From: the human T2T-CHM13v2.0 reference genome, Homo sapiens
Length of the DNA stretch: 64,000 nt
Strand: one strand, 5' to 3'
NCBI RefSeq assembly: GCF_009914755.1
Contig: NC_060947.1
In this document: positions 57,345-64,000 of the stretch, one piece after another
How positions within the stretch are numbered: the first letter of the stretch is position 1
Layout of the letters: every line of letters starts with the position of its first letter
The notes under the pieces: model-generated
Database searches by the model: none
Told to the model about the DNA's origin: nothing
The model's input: the letters and a program-made list of their open reading frames with translations, nothing else
Made by a program: the position numbers and the translations under genes

Positions 57345-60300
57345 GTGCAAACTTTTTTATTTTTATTTTTTGTGGGAACATGGCATATATATTTTTAGGG
57401 TACATAAAATATTTTGATACAGACATACAATGCATAATAATCACATCAGGATAAATGGGGCATCACCTCAAGCATTTATCCTTTCTTCGTGTTACAAACA
57501 ATCCACTTATACACTTTTAGTCATTATAAAATATACAATAAATTATTGGTGACTGTGGTCACTCTGTTGTGCTATCAAATACTAGATCCTATTCTATTTA
57601 ACTATATTTTATAACCCATTAACTATCACCTCTTTCCCTACAACTACCCTTCCTAGCCTCTGGTACCCATCCTTCTACTCTCTATCTCCATGAGTTCAAC
57701 TGTTTTAATTTTTAGCTCCCACAAATGAGTGAGAACATACAAAGTTTGTTTTTCTATGCCTAATTTCATTTAACATAATGTCCTCCAGTTCCAACCATGG
57801 TGGTGGAAATGATAAGATCTCATTCTTTTTTTATGGCTGAATAATAAATACTTCCTTGTGTATATGTACCACTCTTTTCTATTTATCTGTTGATGAACCC
57901 TTAAGTTGCTTCCAAATTTTGGCTATAGTAAGTACTGCTGCAATAAACGTGGGAGTGCAGATATCTCTTCAATGTACTGATTTCCTTTCCGTTGGGTATA
58001 TACCTAGCTGGGGGATTGCTGGATCATATAGTAGTTCTAATTTTAGTTTTTTTGAGGAACCTCCAAATGGTTCTCTATAGTGGCTGTACTAATTAACATT
58101 CCCACCAACAGTGTACAAGGGTTCCCTTTTCTCCACATCCTTGTGAGCATTCATTATTGCCTGTCTTTTGGATAAAATACATTTTAACTGGGGTGAGATG
58201 ATAACTCAATGTAATTTTACATTGTATTTAGCTGATTATCACTGATGTTGATATACCTGATTGCCATTTGTATCTCATCTTTTGAGAACGGTCTATTTAG
58301 ATCTTTAGCCTGTTTTTAAATTGGATTATTAGTTTATTTTCCTATAGAATTGTTTGAGTTCCTTATATATCCTGGTTATTAATCCCTTGTCAGATGGATC
58401 TTTTGCAAATATTTCCTCCCAATCTTTAGGTTGTCTCTTCACTTTTTTCATTGTTTCCTTTGCTGTGCAGAAGCTTTTTTAACTTGATGAAATCCCATTG
58501 GTCTATTTATGTTGGTTGCCTGTACTTGTGGGGTATTACTCAAGAAACCTTTACCCAGTCCAATATCCTGGAGACTTTCCCCAATGCATTCTTTTAAGAG
58601 TTTCATGGTTTGAGGTCTTAGATTTAAGTCTTGCATTCATGATTTTTGTATATGGTGAGAGATAGGGTTCTACTTTCACACTTTGCATATGGATATCTAG
58701 TTTTTGCAGCACCATTTATCGAAGAGACTATCGTTTCTTCAATGTATGTTCATGGCACCTTTGTTGAAAATGAGTTCATTGTAGATGTACAGATTTGTTT
58801 TTGTTACTGATTTTTGTAGGTTGATTTTGTGTCCTGCAACTTTACTGAATTTGTCAGTTCCAAATAGAAGATCGTATCATCTGCAAACAAGGATAATTTT
58901 ACTTCTACATTTCCAATTTGGATGCCCTTTTTTTTTTCTCTTGTCTGATTGTTATAGCTAGAACTTTTAGTACTATGTTGAATAACAGTGGTGAAATTGG
59001 GTATCCTTGTCAGTTTCCAGATCTTAGAGGAAAGGCTTTCATTTTTTCATCCATTGAGTTTGATACTAGCTGTGGGTCTGTCATATATGGCTGTTATTGT
59101 ATTGAAGTATGTTTCTTCAATACCCAACTTTTTTAGGGTTTTTATCAAAAGCGGGGGTTGAAATCCTAGTTTTTGACAAAATAGACTTTAAACCAACAAA
59201 AATCAAAAAAGACAAAGAAGGACATTGCATAATGGTAAATGGATAAATTCAACAAGAAGAGTTTATTATTCTAAATATATATGCACCCAATACAGGAGTA
59301 CCCAGATTCATAAAACAAGTTCTTAGAGACCTACAAAGAGACTTAGACTCCCACACAATAATGGCGGCAGACATTAACACCTCACTGTCAATATTAGATA
59401 GATCATCAAGACAGAAAATTAACATGGATATTCAGGAATTGAACTCAGTTTTACTTTTTTGATGTGTCTTTGTCTGGTTTTGCTATTAGGGTAATACTTC
59501 CTTCTCCTTTAAATGTTTGGTAAAAATCAGCAGAAAGGCCATCAGGTCCAGGCTTTTATTTGCTGGAAGACTTTGAATTATGGCTTCGATCTCATTACTT
59601 ATTATAGGCCTCTTTAGCTTTTGGATTTCTTTGGGGTTAAATTTTGGTAGATTGAATGCCTCTAAGAATTTATTAATTTTTTTCTAAGTTTTCCAACTTA
59701 TTGGCATATAGTTGCTCATAATAGCCACTAATAATCCTTTGAATTTCTGTAGTACCAATTGTAATGTCTCCATTTTTATCTCTGATTTGATTTATTTTGG
59801 TCTTCTATCTTTTCTTCTAAGTTACACTGGCCAAAGGTTTGTCAATTTTTTTTCTTTTAAGAAAACCAGCTTTTCATTTTCTTGATCTTTTGTATTGTTT
59901 TCTTTGTATCAACTTTATTCGTTGTGTGATTATTATAACTTGTTTTCTTCTACTAATTTAAGGTTAGGTTGGCTTTCTCATTTTTAATTTTTTAAGATGC
60001 ATCATTTGGTTGTTCATTTGATGTTTTTCTAGTTTTTTGATATAGGTGCTTATAGCTATAAACTTTCCTCTTATTAATGCTATCACTGTATATGATAGGT
60101 TTTGGTATTTTGTCTTTCCATTATCATTTAAGGAAATGTTTTAATTTCTTTCTTAATTTCTTCATTGATCCACTGGTCATTTGGGAGCATATTGTTTAAT
60201 TTCCATGTGTTTGTATAGTTTCTAAAATTCTTCTTGTTATTGATTTCTAGTTTTATTCCATTATAGTCAGATAAGATACTGGATATAATTTCAATTTTTT

Positions 60301-63300
60301 TTAATTTTGTAAGACTTGTTTTGTGGTCTAGCATATGGTATATCCTTGACAATGATCCATGTGTTGAGAATGTGTATTCTGCAACCACTGAATGAAATGT
60401 TCTGTAAATATCTATTAGGTACATTTGTTCTTATAGTGTAGATTAAATCTGATGTTTATTTACAGATTTTCTGTCTGGAAGATCTGTCCAATGCTGAAAG
60501 TGGGGTGTTAAAGTCTCCAGCTAGTCTTGTATTGGGGCCTATCCCTCTCTTTAGCTCTAATAATATTTCCTTTATATATCTGGCTGCTCCCCTGTTGGGT
60601 ACATATATACTTAAAATCATTATATCCTCTTGCTGAATTGACTCCTTTTTAATGATGTAGTGATTTTCTTTGTCTTTTTTATAGCTTTTTCTTGAAATCT
60701 ATTTTGACTGATATGAGTATAGCTGCCCATGATCTCTTTTTGTTTCCATTGAATATCATTTTCCATCCTTTTATTTTCAGTCTGTGTGTCTTCATAGGTG
60801 AAGTATGTTTCTTGTAGGCAAAAAAATCATTGGGTCTTGTTTTTCTATCCCTTCAGCCACTCTGTATCTTCTGATTGGAGAGTTTGGTCATATCATTTTC
60901 TTATTTGTTTTCTGATTATTTTGTGGCATTATCTTTGTTTTCTCTTTTCTTCCTGTCTTCCTTTTAGTGAAGAGATTTTCTCTGCTGATATGATTTAGTT
61001 CCTTGCTTTTTATTTTTTGAGTGTCTGATATGTATTTTCTGGTATGAGGCTACCATGAGGCTTGCAAATACTATCTCATAACCCATTATTTTAAGCTGAT
61101 GACAATTTAACACTGATTACATAAAAAACAAACAAGCATAGAGAAAACTCCTAAAAATCTGCTCTTTAACTTTATCCTCCCACTTTTTAACATTTTGTTG
61201 TTTCTATTTGTATTGTACTATATCTTAGAAAGCTACTGTAGTTATTACTTTTGATTGATTCATCATTTATTCTTTCTACTCAACATATGAGTAGTTTACT
61301 CACCACAATTGCAGTAAATAATATTCTGTGTTTTTTGTGTACTTGCTACTACCAATGATTTTTTCACCTTCAGATGACTTCTTATTGCTCATTAATGTTC
61401 TTTTTTATTTAGATTGAAGAACTCTATTTTGCATTTCTTGTGGTACAGCTCCAGTGTTGATAAAATACCTGATCTTTTGTTTACCTGAGAAAGTCTTTAT
61501 TTTCCCTTCCTATTTGAAGGATATTTTTGTTGGATATATTATTCTAGGGTAAATGTTTTTCTTCCTTTAACACTTTATATCATACCACTCTTTCCTGGCC
61601 TGCAAGGTTTCTACTGAAAAGTCTGCTACCAGATGTATTAGAGATCTATTTTGTGTTCGTTCTTTCTCTTCTCTTGCTGCTTTTGGGATCCTTTCTTGAT
61701 CCTTCACATTTGAAAGATGTATTATTAAAAGTCTTAGAGTAGTCTTATTTTGTTTACATATTCTTGTTCTCTAACCTTCTTGTACTTGAATGCTGATATC
61801 TTTCCCTAGGTTTGGTATGTTCTCCGTTATTATCCCTTTGAATAAACTTTATACCCTTATGTCTCTTTCTACTTTTTCTTTAAAGCCAATATCTCTTAGA
61901 TTTCCCCTTTTGAGGCTATTTTCTAGATGATGTAGGCATACTTCATTTATTTTTATTATTTTGTCTTTTGTCTTCTCTGACTGTGTATTTTCAAATAGTC
62001 TGTCTTGAAGCTCACTAATTCTTTCTTCCAGTTGGTCTATTCTGCTGGTAAGAGACTCTGATGCGTTCTTCAATATGCCAATTGCATTTTTCAATTCCAG
62101 AATTTCTCCTTGCTTCTTTCTAATTATTCAATTTCTCTGTTAAATTTATCTGATAAGATTCTGAATACCTTCTTATGTTAATCTTGAATTTTGTTGAGTT
62201 TCCTCAAATGGCTATTTTGAATTCTTTGAAAGGTCATATATCTCTGTCTCTTCAGAATTGGTCCCAGGTGCCTTATTAATGCATTATATAAGGGTATATT
62301 TTCCTGGATGGTCTTGATGCTTGTAGATATTCATCAGTGTCTGGGCATTGAAAACTTTGGTATTTATTGTAGTCTTCGCAGTCTGGACTTCTGTGTAGCT
62401 GTCCTTCTGGGGAAAGCTTTCTAGGTATTTGAAGGGACTTGGGTGTTGCAATCTAGGTTTCTGATCACTGCAGCCATATCTGCATTAGAGGGCACCCCAA
62501 TCCAGTAATGCAATGGCTCTTGCAGAGTTATAGAGGTACTGCCTTGGTGGTCTTGGATAAGATCCTGAAGAATTCTCTAGATTATCATGCAGAGATTCTT
62601 GTTCTCTCCCCTTACTTGTTTCCAAACAGAGTTTCTCTCTTTCTCTGTGCTGAGCTGCTTGGAGCTGGGGGAGTGGTGACAAAAGTATCCCTATTGCCAC
62701 CACCGCTGGGACTGTGCTGGGTCAGACCTGAAGCCAACACAAAACTGGGTCTTATACAAGACCCACACTAACCACTGCCTGGCTACTGCCTATGTTTGCT
62801 CCAGTCCTTAAGGCTCTACAATCAGCAGGTGGCAATGCCTGACAGGCTTATTTCCTTCTTTTCAGGGTGGCAAGTTTCCACCAGCCCTGGGTGGGTTCAG
62901 GGATACCATCCAGGAGACAGCTTCTGGAGTGGGAAACATTAGGAATCTACCTGGTGCTCCATTCTACTGTGACTGGGTTGGCACCCAAGCCACAAAACAA
63001 AGTCCTTCCCCCTCTTCCTCCCCATTTGCACAAACATAAGAGTCTCTCCCCCATGGTCACCACTGCTCCAGGCCCATGGCAAGTACTGCCAGGCTACTGT
63101 TGATGTTCACTCAAGTCCTCAGGGATCTTCATCCAGCTTGTTGTGAATGCTGCCAGGCCTCAGACTCTCTATTCGGGGAAGTGGGCTCCCCACTGGCCAA
63201 AGACAGGTCCAGAAATGCCAGGACAGGTCCAGAAGAGGCAAGGTCCAGAATCAGGGACCCCAACAGACCACTTGGTGCTCTACCCTCCTGTGGCTGAGCT

Positions 63301-63705
63301 TATACCTAAGCTGCAAGACAAAGTCTTCTTTAGTCATTCCTCTGCTTTTCTCAAGCAGGAGTCTCTTCATATAGCAACCACAGCTGGGAATGTGCTGGGT
63401 CACACCTGAAACCAGTACATTTCTGAATCTCACCTGAGACCCATGACAAGTACTGCCTGGCTACCACTGCTGACTATTCAGAGCCCAAGGGCTCTTTAGT
63501 TACCAGGTGATGAATCGTACCAGGACTAGGTCCTTTTCTTTAAGGCAGGGGGTCCCCTTCTGGCCTAAGGTGTGTCTAGAAATGTCATCCAGGATATAGG
63601 GCCTAGAATAAGGGCCTCAGGTCTCTGCCTGGTGCCCTATCCTACTGTGGCTAAGCTGGTATCCAAGTTGCAAAACAAATTTCTCTTTACTCTTCCCTCT
63701 CCTCT
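57345..63705 (-). mobile_element. Near-full-length L1MA2/3-type LINE-1 with internal deletions
   Basis: Antisense 3' UTR at 57.35 kb; minus ORFs MYLIDIYRTFHS... (EN) and MKNAIGILKNASESLTSRIDQLEERISELQDRLFEN (ORF1); 5' UTR about 62.4-63.7 kb; deletions near 58803 and 59497. Confidence 0.95.
59147..59448 (+). mobile_element. Internal L1PA-type endonuclease-domain fragment, antisense to its host L1
   Basis: aaaagcgggggttgaaatcctag...gagacctacaaagagacttagactcccacacaataat...ggatattcaggaattgaactcag; no tail, no TSD. Confidence 0.88.
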
Positions 63706-63707
63706 AC

Positions 63708-63881
63708 TGACTGCTTAATGGACAGAGGGTTTCCTTTTGGTGTAAGGAAAACATTCTTGAATTAGATATCGATGATGATTGTACAGCATTGTGAATACAC
63801 TAAACAGCACTGAATTGTAGACTTTAAAATGGTTACAATGGTGAGTTTTATGTTATGTAACTTTTATCCTAATTTAAAAAA
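63708..63881 (+). mobile_element. L1MB/L1ME-type 3' UTR end
   Basis: tgactgcttaatggacagagggtttccttttgg...cactgaattgtagactttaaaatggtt...ttttatgttatgt. Confidence 0.8.
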
Positions 63882-63926
63882 TCATAATTGCTGAAATTAT
63901 GAAAAGTAATTCAGCAGGCAGATGGC

Positions 63927-64000
63927 TTCTTTTTTTTTTTTTTTTTTTGAGACAGAGTTTCACTCTTGTCACCCAGGGTGGAGTGCAATGGTGTGATCTT
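63927..64000 (-). mobile_element. Alu 3' end, continues beyond the window
   Basis: Poly-T then gagacagagtttcactcttgtcacccagggtggagtgcaatggtgtgatctt. Confidence 0.93.

Overview
AT-rich, CpG-depleted primate (human-like) intergenic or deep-intronic DNA. I can support no cellular protein-coding gene, RNA gene or CRISPR array here; every recognisable ORF in the track is a decayed LINE-1 ORF1/ORF2, a MaLR internal ORF, an Alu read-through or microsatellite noise. A large part of the window is interspersed repeats: one full-length L1MA1-3-type LINE (+, 26.9-34.1 kb), a second near-full-length one (-, 57.3-63.7 kb), a younger truncated L1PA with perfect TSDs, several L1MA/L1MC/L1ME fragments, Alus, a THE1B provirus, solo MaLR/ERV LTRs, hAT MITEs, MIR/L2 and microsatellites. 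I found no new biological system. The notable signal is a set of DNA-repair or template-switch scars readable directly in the sequence: (1) a complex inversion plus duplication of an L1MC4-type element at 24.0-25.8 kb with junctions in TA/CA microsatellites; (2) a 34-bp inverted copy of downstream flank at an L1 5' junction (12.45 vs 13.14 kb); (3) a tailless antisense L1PA endonuclease fragment replacing part of an older L1 (59.15-59.45 kb); (4) a doubly truncated Alu fused into a THE1B LTR next to a twin-primed L1 (43.2-43.8 kb). There are also three CTCF-like motifs and a hairpin near position 213. All repeat subfamily names come from my recollection of consensus sequences, not from a search, and boundaries without TSDs are approximate.
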